DNA of 40,816 nucleotides, from IMG/VR virus record IMGVR_UViG_3300043748_000042, positions 1 through 40,816 of that record; one strand, given 5' to 3'. This stretch comes from a virus. Taxonomy: Duplodnaviria; Caudoviricetes. Made by a program: the position numbers and the translations under genes. Below, piece after piece: positions 8,087 through 15,837 of this stretch (positions within the stretch are counted from its first letter, which is position 1; each line of letters starts with the position of its first letter). The notes under the pieces are model-generated. The model worked only from the letters and a program-made list of their open reading frames with translations, searched no databases and was not told the DNA's origin.

Positions 8087-9519
8087 CGAAGCGCCCGGAC
8101 CCGGAGACCGGGAAGCGCCGGAAGACGGACCTGTGGGGCAAGGGGAAGCGCTACAAGGTCGCCGGGATCCCCGGCGTGCGCGCCCGGTCGTTCGACTCCG
8201 CCAGCGACGCGAAGAAGTGGCTCGCCCAGGCCCAGACAGACGAGCGCCGTGCGGAGTTCGTCGACCCGCGGAATGGCGACATCCTGCTGACCGACTACAT
8301 CCAGAAGCACTTCTGGCCGGGCCGTACGGACAAGCTCACCACGTACACGGCCATGGAGAGCAAGGTCCGTAACCACATAGAGGGCCTGCCCATCGGGCAG
8401 CTGGCACTCAGGCGCATCGACGCAGCGGCCCTTCGGGAGTGGAAGAAGGAGTTGCTCACGCGGGTCGACACCTCGACCGCCGAGGTCATCTGGATCCACC
8501 TCAGCACCATCCTCAGCGCCGCCGTCGAGGACGGCCGGATCCTGAAGAACCCGTGCCGCGTGAACCGGAGCGTCAAGCCGCCCAAGAAGGCCGAGAAGAG
8601 GGCTCGGGCCTGGAAGCGGGAGACCGTCGACGCGATTCGCGACGCCGTCCAGGACCGGTACCGGATCGCCGTCGACCTCGGAGTCGGCGCCGGCCTACGC
8701 CAGGGCGAGGTACTTGGACTCAGCGCCGAGGACGTCGACTTCGACAAGGGCGTGATCCACATCCGCAGGCAGCTCCGCGCCTCGACGGCCGGCCAGTTCT
8801 ACTTCGCGCTCCCCAAGGGGGACAAGGTCCGTGAGGTGCCGCTGACACCGAACCTCGCGGCCCGCGTGAGGGCGCACATGGAGCGGTACCCGCCGACCCA
8901 GACAACGCTTCCGTGGTCGGACCCGACGCCTCCGAAGACCGAGCTGGAGGCGCGCCAGCGGAAGCCGGTCACGGTGCCGCTGCTGGTGACGACCAGCCAA
9001 GGGAACCGGGTCTACTACCGGACGTTCAACGACCGCACCTGGAAGCCCGCGCTCATGGCCGCCGGCCTCATCGCCAGGATCGAGCCCAAGACGCCGGAGG
9101 AGATCGCCCGACAGAAGCGACTGCGACGCTTCCGGTGGACGGACCCGCGGGAGCACGGTTTCCACGGCCTGCGCCACACCTACGCCAGCGTCCAGCTCGC
9201 GGAGAACGTCGACCCCGTGACGCTGTCGGTGTGGATGGGCCACAGCTCGCCGACGATCACCCTGGAGAGGTACGCTCACTTCATGCCGGGATCCGGCGCC
9301 CGCGGGCTCGCCGCGATGGACAGCTGGTTCGAGTCGGCAGAGGCCCCCAACACCCCCCGGATCGAAATTCTCCCTGGAGACTCCCTCGCGGTCGTCGAGG
9401 CCTCGTTGATCCTCGCTCAGCCACAGTTCAGAGCATCAGTCAGCAAGAATGCCGACATGAAGATCAAGTACAAGGAGACCTCGCGCGGCGGCCTCGCCGT
9501 GAACGTCATCGAGTGCTGA
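8056..9519 (+). CDS. int: Tyrosine integrase
   Basis: GLRQGEVLGL, PK, FHGLRHTYAS, MGHSSPTITLERYAH catalytic motifs. Confidence 0.95.
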   Translation: MAGYIEDRWLTKRPDPETGKRRKTDLWGKGKRYKVAGIPGVRARSFDSASDAKKWLAQAQTDERRAEFVDPRNGDILLTDYIQKHFWPGRTDKLTTYTAMESKVRNHIEGLPIGQLALRRIDAAALREWKKELLTRVDTSTAEVIWIHLSTILSAAVEDGRILKNPCRVNRSVKPPKKAEKRARAWKRETVDAIRDAVQDRYRIAVDLGVGAGLRQGEVLGLSAEDVDFDKGVIHIRRQLRASTAGQFYFALPKGDKVREVPLTPNLAARVRAHMERYPPTQTTLPWSDPTPPKTELEARQRKPVTVPLLVTTSQGNRVYYRTFNDRTWKPALMAAGLIARIEPKTPEEIARQKRLRRFRWTDPREHGFHGLRHTYASVQLAENVDPVTLSVWMGHSSPTITLERYAHFMPGSGARGLAAMDSWFESAEAPNTPRIEILPGDSLAVVEASLILAQPQFRASVSKNADMKIKYKETSRGGLAVNVIEC

Positions 9520-9637
9520 TCACGGGCTCTGACCTGGGAATTCAGATTCCTCGGAATTCCTCATACTTTCCCAAGAATCCTCAGCCAGATCCTCCCTGGA
9601 GACTCCCTCGCTCCCTGGAAACTCCCTAGGATTCCTC
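9370..9637. other. attP region with putative arm-type direct repeats
   Basis: CTCCCTGGAGACTCCCTCGC at 9370-9389 and 9592-9611, variant 9611-9627; these flank a host-gene-like core. Confidence 0.7.
9451..9519 (+). other. Putative attP common core: 3' end of an L-serine ammonia-lyase (sdaA-like) gene
   Basis: Encodes ADMKIKYKETSRGGLAVNVIEC*, matching from memory the conserved C-terminus of Fe-S L-serine dehydratases (DM..KY.ET.RGGLA). Confidence 0.8.
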
Positions 9638-9655
9638 GCACGTCCTCATATGCGA

Positions 9656-9693
9656 GCCGCCCCATACCCTCCGCAAGGGGGGTATGGGGCGGC
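9656..9693 (+). terminator. Stem-loop downstream of int/attP
   Basis: 17-bp stem GCCGCCCCATACCCTCC/GGGGGGTATGGGGCGGC with GCAA tetraloop. Confidence 0.65.
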
Positions 9694-9815
9694 ATCAGGG
9701 CTCGGTAGGATTCCCGACAGCCTCCCACAGCATGAGGGTCTCCTACCGGCCCCGGAGGTCCCGCTCCTCAGCGCCCGGTGAAGACGGGCACTGGGGGGCG
9801 GGAAGCATGAGGCCC

Positions 9816-9841
9816 GGCCGGCCGCTGACAAGCGGCCGGCC
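9816..9841 (-). terminator. Stem-loop after the small peptide gene
   Basis: GGCCGGCCGCT-GACA-AGCGGCCGGCC, about 10 bp beyond the stop at 9851. Confidence 0.6.
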
Positions 9842-9850
9842 AGAGCTGTG

Positions 9851-10057
9851 TCAGCCCCAGACGGAGTCGTTGACGGTGACCGGCGCAGCGGTCGGGGTCG
9901 GCGTAGAAGCCGACTGCGGAGCGACGACGCCCCAGACCGAGTCGGCGATGCGCTGCGGCTGCGCGCTCGGCGCGGCTGCTGCGGCGAGCCCGGCGATGAG
10001 GGCGGCGCCAGCAATGATGCCGGCCAGGGCTCGGTGGGCGGTCCTGCGTGCGGGCAT
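9851..10057 (-). CDS. Small secreted pro-peptide with duplicated DSVWG motif
   Basis: AAGGGG SD; basic N-terminus, hydrophobic core and Ala-rich cleavage region; ADSVWG internal and NDSVWG C-terminal. Confidence 0.8.
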   Translation of the reverse strand: MPARRTAHRALAGIIAGAALIAGLAAAAAPSAQPQRIADSVWGVVAPQSASTPTPTAAPVTVNDSVWG

Positions 10058-10177
10058 GGGGCACCCCTTCGCTGCTGATGTGGTGGGTGGGTGAAACGGA
10101 GGCGTGAGTTCCTCGAAGGACCAGTGTTCGCATTGTTCGACGTTGAATCAACCCCTTCCGGGATAGACTTAAAAAGT

Positions 10178-10191
10178 TGCGCACGTGCGCA
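10178..10191. promoter_or_regulatory. Perfect 14-bp palindrome, candidate operator
   Basis: TGCGCACGTGCGCA in the AT-richer divergent intergenic region. Confidence 0.5.
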
Positions 10192-10222
10192 GTTCTGACA
10201 GGTCGCCATATGGGGTAAATCG

Positions 10223-11194
10223 GTGGAACCGGACACCAGTGAGGCTCGCCCGTTTCTCATACCGGAAGCAGTGGATCTCTATCTGAGGATCCTCTCCGGC
10301 GCCGAGACCAGCCCCCCGCCGAGCCCGGCGCGGGACCAGCTGATCAGCGTCGGGCTCGTTGCGCCCGATCCAGGCCGACCTGACCGCATGCAGGCGCTCG
10401 ACGTAGACGCAGCCGTCCGACAGTGGCAGGCATCCCTCGTCCAGGTCGCCGTCGGGATGCTCTCCGAGGCCCAGTCGGTCCCCGCTCAGCTCTCCGGGAT
10501 GGCGTCGGCCTACCGGGCAGCACACCCCGGCCGCAGCCTGACCCCCGGCGTCGAGGTGGTCACGGGGTTCCGCGCGATTAACGAGCGGCTGGAGACCCTC
10601 GTCAACGGCTGCACCCGCGAGCTCCTCACCGCTCAGCCGACCGGTCCTCGGCCGGCCGACCTCCTGGCGGTCTCGTACCAACGGGACCTCGGTGTGCTGA
10701 AGCGGGGAGCCACCATGCGCACGATCTACCTGCCAAGTGCGCGCGCTGACGGGCCGACGGCCCGATGGGCGCTGACCATGACCGAGCGGGGCGCGCAGAT
10801 CCGCACCGGCAGAACGTTCGGCCGGGCGATCGTGGTTGACCGACGCGTGGCAGTCGTGCCCGTGCTCGAACCCTGGAGCTCCACCGAGGTCGCGCCAGAC
10901 CGGGCGGCGGTAGTAACGGACGAGATCCTCGTCGCCCTCGTGTGCGGCTCCTTCGAACGAGACTGGACCCACTCCGAACCATGGGGAGGTGAGCAAGAGC
11001 CGGAGCTCCTCCCGGTCCACGTCGGGATCCTCTCGTGCCTGGCGCGCGGCATGGAGCAGGACGGGATAGCTGCTCAGCTCGAGGTGTCCCGCCGCACCGT
11101 CACCAGCCGCCTGGCGGAGCTGAAGACGATGGTCGGCGCGGCCACCGTGCCGCAGTTGCTGTACTGGTGGGCGAAGCGGGAGCTCCAGCGCTAG
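10223..11194 (+). CDS. LuxR-family regulator with TrmB-like/PLD-like sensor domain
   Basis: RGATMRTIY...GAQIRT....RAIVVDRRVAVVP...FERDW..SEPW followed by ILSCLARGMEQDGIAAQLEVSRRTV HTH. Confidence 0.85.
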   Translation: MEPDTSEARPFLIPEAVDLYLRILSGAETSPPPSPARDQLISVGLVAPDPGRPDRMQALDVDAAVRQWQASLVQVAVGMLSEAQSVPAQLSGMASAYRAAHPGRSLTPGVEVVTGFRAINERLETLVNGCTRELLTAQPTGPRPADLLAVSYQRDLGVLKRGATMRTIYLPSARADGPTARWALTMTERGAQIRTGRTFGRAIVVDRRVAVVPVLEPWSSTEVAPDRAAVVTDEILVALVCGSFERDWTHSEPWGGEQEPELLPVHVGILSCLARGMEQDGIAAQLEVSRRTVTSRLAELKTMVGAATVPQLLYWWAKRELQR

Positions 11195-11445
11195 TTCTGG
11201 CGGATCACGGCCACGTAGCGGGTCCCGCGAGAGGCAAAGCGGAGGCGGAACTCACCGTCCCGCTTCATGAAGTCGCGGACGCGCTCAAGGGCGCCCTCGG
11301 CTGTGATCATCCACAGGTAGGCAGAGAGCCGGTCGGGGTTGACCGGCGTGCGCCTCAAGGTCTTGGCCAGGGCGTCGACGGCGTCCTGGAGGGTGGCGTG
11401 CGTTGTCGGGTCGATCAAGCCCTCGATGGTGAGGGTGTAACTCAC
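11191..11445 (-). CDS. Hypothetical protein, paralog of the N-terminus of 12614-13123
   Basis: GGGAG SD; alignable by eye to the 169-aa protein. Confidence 0.7.
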   Translation of the reverse strand: MSYTLTIEGLIDPTTHATLQDAVDALAKTLRRTPVNPDRLSAYLWMITAEGALERVRDFMKRDGEFRLRFASRGTRYVAVIRQN

Positions 11446-11562
11446 GTGTGCTCCCGAATCCGATCCCCCCGGCTCCGGAAGGCCGATCCTATCGAACTAG
11501 TGGCCGATAAATGACCGCATACCGGTACAGACTTTTGATCATGGCGCCGTCAGCGTCAAGGG

Positions 11563-11802
11563 GTGCCTGCCCCGTACCAGCCCGATGACCAGCAGATCCG
11601 CGACCGCCGAGACTTAGGGACGCGGCTCCTTTCGCTCAGGCGGCAGGCCGGCCTCACCCAGGAGCGGCTCGGCGAGCGAGCAGGCCTGGACAGGCGAACG
11701 ATTGGCCGAATCGAGAACGGCCTCATTCCTGCCACCCTCGACCAGCTCAGCGCCATCGCGCGGGCGCTCCCGGTGCCGCTGTGGCGCCTGTTCCGCGAGT
11801 AG
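11563..11802 (+). CDS. XRE-family HTH regulator
   Basis: LRRQAGLTQERLGERAGLDRRTIGRIENG; contains an in-frame TTA at 11614. Confidence 0.85.
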   Translation: MPAPYQPDDQQIRDRRDLGTRLLSLRRQAGLTQERLGERAGLDRRTIGRIENGLIPATLDQLSAIARALPVPLWRLFRE

Positions 11803-11839
11803 GCCGACCGTACCGCCGTACGGCCGGCCATGGACGCCG

Positions 11840-12103
11840 CTACTCGCTCGGCGGGTTCGGCGGCGGCGGGCTGGACGGACCCGGAGGCGCGGGCGCCGGC
11901 CCGCCGATTCCGCCAGGGTTGCCGGACGGTTTCCGTTGACCGTCGTCGCTCATCTCGGTCTCCTCCTCGATCTCCTCGGCCGCCGGCTGGTCGTCCGGCA
12001 GCGGCATCGTGGGGTGCAGGGCCCCCCGGGTGGGCCCTCGGGAACCGCGGCCGCGCTGACCACGCCACCGGCTCTGCTCATCTCGGGGGATTGTGCCGCT
12101 CAT
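11840..12103 (-). CDS. Hypothetical Pro-rich protein (start uncertain; alternative ATG 11953)
   Basis: ATGA overlap at 12100-12103; GAGGAG SD before 11953. Confidence 0.35.
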   Translation of the reverse strand: MSGTIPRDEQSRWRGQRGRGSRGPTRGALHPTMPLPDDQPAAEEIEEETEMSDDGQRKPSGNPGGIGGPAPAPPGPSSPPPPNPPSE

Positions 12104-12360
12104 CGGCTGTCCTCTCGTGCTGCTGCGGGACCCACCATCGTGGCTCGGTCGTCGTGTTCCTGAGGCGCGTTCGGCTGGGACGGCTGGCAGTGCAGCACCA
12201 GGGCGATGTGGGCGGTGAGGTCGGCGACCCAGGGCCCCCGTCCCCATCCCCTGCACGTCACGCACCGCCCGTACTCGTCCGAGGCGACGGGAGTCCCGCC
12301 CGCGACGGTCACCAGGTCGGCGCGGCGGTCGGCTGGCAGCGACTGTGCGCGGGCACCCAC
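12100..12360 (-). CDS. Hypothetical protein with CxxC
   Basis: GAGGAG SD before GTG; operon packing. Confidence 0.45.
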   Translation of the reverse strand: MGARAQSLPADRRADLVTVAGGTPVASDEYGRCVTCRGWGRGPWVADLTAHIALVLHCQPSQPNAPQEHDDRATMVGPAAAREDSR

Positions 12361-12617
12361 CGCTCCTCAGGCCGCAGGCAGTCCATGTGCGCGTACGCGG
12401 TCCGCAGGTACTCCAGACTGCCGGGGGCGGAGGCCTTGTTGCAGAGGCTGCCGACATTGTGGAGCTGCGTCCGAGTTTCACTGCAGTCCTTGCCGATGAT
12501 GCAGGTCTCCCCGCGCCACTGGGCAGGGGTCACCTTGATCGCTCGGATGGGCCCGATGAACGACCGGAACTCCACCGGAAATGGTGCGTCCGGGTCGGGC
12601 GTGCGCTGCTTGCTCAC
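12309..12617 (-). CDS. Hypothetical protein
   Basis: GTGA overlap, GGAGG SD; C...C...HxxC pattern like 13598-13801. Confidence 0.55.
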   Translation of the reverse strand: MSKQRTPDPDAPFPVEFRSFIGPIRAIKVTPAQWRGETCIIGKDCSETRTQLHNVGSLCNKASAPGSLEYLRTAYAHMDCLRPEERWVPAHSRCQPTAAPTW

Positions 12618-13123
12618 TGTTCCTCCGTCGAGGTGGTGCCCGTCCCGGCCGGGAACACGCGGTACCCGGCGATGTTGACCTGGCCGAGGATCCACGCGGT
12701 GGCGCTCTCCTGGATCGAGAACTGGAGCGGGTGCTCGTCGGTCCGGACCAGATCGTCGGTCTCGGTATCGCGGATCGCCCACAGGCGCCGCCCCAGCTCA
12801 TCGGCCGGCAGCTGCACGACGGAGTACCGGGCGCCGACGCGTTGGGCCTTGGTCAGCCCGTCGCCGTGCCACACGCGGATGATCGCCTGACCGCCGCCGT
12901 CCAGGCGCAAGGTCCAGTCCACGACGCCGGACCCGTCCAGCATGCGTTCCAGGTCCGCCGTGCTGCCGGAAGCGAGCAACCACTCCATGGCCTGCAGCTC
13001 GTACGCGCTGATCGGCAGCTGGCTCACCGCCTGCCACAGCGCGTCCAGGGCCTCCGCCGCAGACTTGGTGACGGGTTCCAGGTAACCGTCCACCGCGACC
13101 GTGAGGTCGCCCTCGATTCTCAT
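12614..13123 (-). CDS. Hypothetical protein
   Basis: AAGGA SD region; globular composition; paralog at 11191-11445. Confidence 0.7.
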   Translation of the reverse strand: MRIEGDLTVAVDGYLEPVTKSAAEALDALWQAVSQLPISAYELQAMEWLLASGSTADLERMLDGSGVVDWTLRLDGGGQAIIRVWHGDGLTKAQRVGARYSVVQLPADELGRRLWAIRDTETDDLVRTDEHPLQFSIQESATAWILGQVNIAGYRVFPAGTGTTSTEEQ

Positions 13124-13188
13124 GCCCTCGTCTTCCTTACGCGTCGTAATCCCCGTCGCCCCGGCTGCCACGTCGACCTTCTGCGGTG

Positions 13189-13386
13189 TCATGGGGTGGT
13201 CCCGTGCATCGCGTCCGCCGCGATCGTGCACGGCCACACGGAGTCGCAGCGCACGCACATGCCGCCGTCGCTGCGGTGCTCGTCCTGAAGCATCCGGGCC
13301 GTGGTCGCAGCCGCGTGTTCGTGCATGTCCCGACGGGGCGGTCGGCGGCCGCGAGGGTCAATGTTCACGAGCTCGGCAGTGCTCAC
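13189..13386 (-). CDS. Small protein with H...CxxC...WPC motif
   Basis: GGAGG SD, GTGA overlap. Confidence 0.6.
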   Translation of the reverse strand: MSTAELVNIDPRGRRPPRRDMHEHAAATTARMLQDEHRSDGGMCVRCDSVWPCTIAADAMHGTTP

Positions 13387-13601
13387 GCGGTACCTCCCGA
13401 TAGATGTCGGCCGCACGCGCAGCCAGGAGTGAGGCAGAGGCAGATCAGGACGGCAGCGCGAGCCTCATCGCGAATACCACCGGGACAACCCCAGTGAGCG
13501 CCGAGCTGGCACTCCGCGCTGATGTACCGGCCGCCGGGGCGAGTGTCGAAATGGATGACGATCTCGCTCGGGTGCGGCGGCCAGCTCACGATGACCGTCA
13601 C
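13383..13601 (-). CDS. Small Cys-rich protein
   Basis: YISAEC...H..CPG...CLC...CAC; GTGA overlaps. Confidence 0.6.
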   Translation of the reverse strand: MTVIVSWPPHPSEIVIHFDTRPGGRYISAECQLGAHWGCPGGIRDEARAAVLICLCLTPGCACGRHLSGGTA

Positions 13602-13801
13602 GGCTCGGCCTCAAGGCACGCGGGGTGAGCCACGACAGCCCAGCCCAGTGGCGCTGTCGTGGAGCCGGTCGACGTGTAGACGTGGCCAGCCGTAACCATC
13701 GGCGGCTCAGGCGAGCCGCAGCTGATGCACGCCTCCCCGTGGAGCCGAGCGGGGCTTATTGACCCCGGATCGACAACCTGGGGGGCCGGTGTCCTTGTCA
13801 C
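13598..13801 (-). CDS. Small CxxC...HxxC protein, first gene of the accessory operon
   Basis: GEACISCG...AHPAC. Confidence 0.65.
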   Translation of the reverse strand: MTRTPAPQVVDPGSISPARLHGEACISCGSPEPPMVTAGHVYTSTGSTTAPLGWAVVAHPACLEAEP

Positions 13802-13834
13802 GCCACTAAGAGTCCCCGGCGGCTACCCCCGAAA

Positions 13835-13853
13835 GTGCCACAACCTGTGGCAC
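13835..13853. promoter_or_regulatory. Palindromic operator candidate
   Basis: GTGCCACA-ACC-TGTGGCAC between the XRE regulator stop and the small-gene operon. Confidence 0.55.
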
Positions 13854-13857
13854 CTCA

Positions 13858-15042
13858 TCAGACCGCCTTGGCCCACCGCGCGAACTGGAGCAGCTGCTCG
13901 TCTCGGCCGCGAGACAGCCGGACCATGGTGGCCAACTCCGCTCGCACCTGACCGTGTTCACGAACATGCTGGGGCGCGATCTGGCGCGCTACCAGCAGCG
14001 ACTCCTTCGCGTGCTGCGGCTTCCCCAGGGTCATCTGGGCCCGGCCGAGGTCGATGTAGTAGTGCGACCGCCGTTCTGCGGGAAGATCCCGCGGTGGCGC
14101 CCACCGGGCCGCTGCGTCTACCGCGTCTCGGAGATCCTGCGGCTCGCCGACCTCGACCGCCACCGAGAGCCGGTGGATCTCCAGCGAGTCCGGTCCAACC
14201 GCGGTCCCGTCGTACAGCCCCTCCCGGACGCGTCGGGACAGCACCTCGGCGTCCCGAAGGTGCTCCCGGGCCTCGTCCGGGCGCCGCATCCGTCCAGCTG
14301 CGACTGCTGCCCGCATGTGAAGCGCCGCAGCCGCAGCGGCAAGCGGCTCCGTCGTCGGCGCCGGCATCCGGTCGACTGCGGCCCGGAGCGACCGCAGACC
14401 AGGATCGAGCTGGCCCGCGGAGAAGAACGTCTCCATGCGGACGTAGGCGGCAGCAGCTTCCAGCGCCGGGTCGCCGGTGAGTCCCGCCGCCCACCGCATC
14501 AACTCGACCAGGCGGGCGCTCAGGTCCCGGTAGCCGTACTTGTAGGCCACCGCGTCCGCCGACCTGATCGCCAGCGCGAGAAGGCGAGCGGCCTGTTCGC
14601 GGTCGGCTCCCCGGGCCTGGTCGATGGCGCGGAACAGCTCCGCCAGCAACCGCGGCATCTGCTCGGCGAGGCGCGCGTACTGCGACTGCACACGATCCTC
14701 GACTGCCCGCTCGACGTCCGCCGCGAGGAGCGGCATCGGCCGGACCAGGCCGTCCTCCGGAAGGTCGTACGCGGCGATCACACGCTGCAGGTTGGGGATG
14801 GCCTCGTGTACCCGACTGTCGGTCCGCCCTGGGCCGTCCAGCAGATCCTCCGGGGCACGACCGAGAGCGCGGGCCAGCGCTTCCAGGACGCCATCGCCTG
14901 GCCAGCGTTCGGCGCGCTCGACCTTGCGGATCGTGCTGTACGAGACGCCGGACAGCTCCTCCAGCTGGCGACGCGTCAACCTAGCGGATAGGCGGGCGGT
15001 TTCAATTCGCTGACCGAGTGCGGCAGCGGTGGTTCCGGGCAT
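13858..15042 (-). CDS. XRE HTH regulator with long helical/TPR-like C-terminal domain
   Basis: LTRRQLEELSGVSYSTIRKVER; ERRSHYYIDLGRAQ...ARQIAPQHVR. Confidence 0.85.
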   Translation of the reverse strand: MPGTTAAALGQRIETARLSARLTRRQLEELSGVSYSTIRKVERAERWPGDGVLEALARALGRAPEDLLDGPGRTDSRVHEAIPNLQRVIAAYDLPEDGLVRPMPLLAADVERAVEDRVQSQYARLAEQMPRLLAELFRAIDQARGADREQAARLLALAIRSADAVAYKYGYRDLSARLVELMRWAAGLTGDPALEAAAAYVRMETFFSAGQLDPGLRSLRAAVDRMPAPTTEPLAAAAAALHMRAAVAAGRMRRPDEAREHLRDAEVLSRRVREGLYDGTAVGPDSLEIHRLSVAVEVGEPQDLRDAVDAAARWAPPRDLPAERRSHYYIDLGRAQMTLGKPQHAKESLLVARQIAPQHVREHGQVRAELATMVRLSRGRDEQLLQFARWAKAV

Positions 15043-15104
15043 AGGGTGGCTCCGTTCCGTGGTCGCACTCGGAACGGTACCGGCGCCCACGCGGGAGCCG
15101 GGAC

Positions 15105-15139
15105 GATTCGCCCCGACGGTCACGCCGTCGGGGCGAATC
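15105..15139. terminator. Perfect 15-bp stem-loop after the HAD gene
   Basis: GATTCGCCCCGACGG-TCACG-CCGTCGGGGCGAATC. Confidence 0.6.
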
Positions 15140-15142
15140 CTG

Positions 15143-15769
15143 CTATTGGCCGGCGAGCAGTTCGGCCAGCTCGGTCAGCGAGGTCACGGTCCAGTCCGCA
15201 GTGGGTGCGGTCGACGTGAGACCGATCGGGCCGCGGCGAAGATGCGCGGCCCGGAGGCCAGCGGCCTGGGCGGGCGCCACGTCGTTTGCCGGGTGGTCGC
15301 CGACGTACACCATCTCGTGAGGCTTACCTGGCGCCCACGCTGTCACCCGCTCGAAGAAGTCGGCGCTCGGCTTGGACACCCCCCACTCGCCAGACGTAGC
15401 GATGGCGTCGGCCGGCAGGTTGAGCCTGCGCAGCAGCTCGGACACCCCCGAGTTCTGGTTGCCTGCGATCCCGACCCACAGCCCGGCCGCCCGCAGTCTG
15501 GCCAGTGCGGGGCGCACGTCCGAGTAGAGGTCCGACTCCTCGAGGTGGTCCCCCTGGCCGGCGGCCTCCCGGGCCCGCCACTCTGCGGCCACGTCCACGT
15601 CCGGCCGGGCGATCCGGATCGCGTCTGCGTTGTCGCGGCCCTGGGCAAGTACGGCCCCCACCAGGGCCGACATCGTGTGTGTTGGGACGCCGAGCCACCG
15701 GGCCCAGTCGCCCCAGTAGCGGGTGTCGCTGGTCAGGGTCTCGCCGATGTCGAACACCACAGAGCGCAT
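15143..15769 (-). CDS. HAD-superfamily hydrolase (probably leaderless)
   Basis: VVFDIGETL, KP, YVGDHPANDV motifs; TAGGCT 7 nt upstream of ATG. Confidence 0.9.
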   Translation of the reverse strand: MRSVVFDIGETLTSDTRYWGDWARWLGVPTHTMSALVGAVLAQGRDNADAIRIARPDVDVAAEWRAREAAGQGDHLEESDLYSDVRPALARLRAAGLWVGIAGNQNSGVSELLRRLNLPADAIATSGEWGVSKPSADFFERVTAWAPGKPHEMVYVGDHPANDVAPAQAAGLRAAHLRRGPIGLTSTAPTADWTVTSLTELAELLAGQ

Positions 15770-15797
15770 GGAGTTGAGCCTAGAGGACACGGCGAAG

Positions 15798-15830
15798 CGC
15801 CCCCGCCCGGCACATGGCCGAGCGGGGGCG
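15798..15830 (-). terminator. Stem-loop at the end of the lysis/late operon
   Basis: CGCCCCCGCCCGGC/GCCGAGCGGGGGCG just past the stop at 15838. Confidence 0.6.
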
Positions 15831-15837
15831 TGGCGGT

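Noticed and set aside
9656-9841. tRNA or tmRNA fragment at attP
   Set aside because: No T-loop GTTCGA/CCA cloverleaf seen; the att core instead matches a protein-coding 3' end.
9851-10057. RiPP precursor interpretation of the DSVWG peptide
   Set aside because: No radical SAM, P450, YcaO, lanthipeptide or transporter genes nearby, and it has a Sec-type signal peptide. Modification by host enzymes cannot be excluded.
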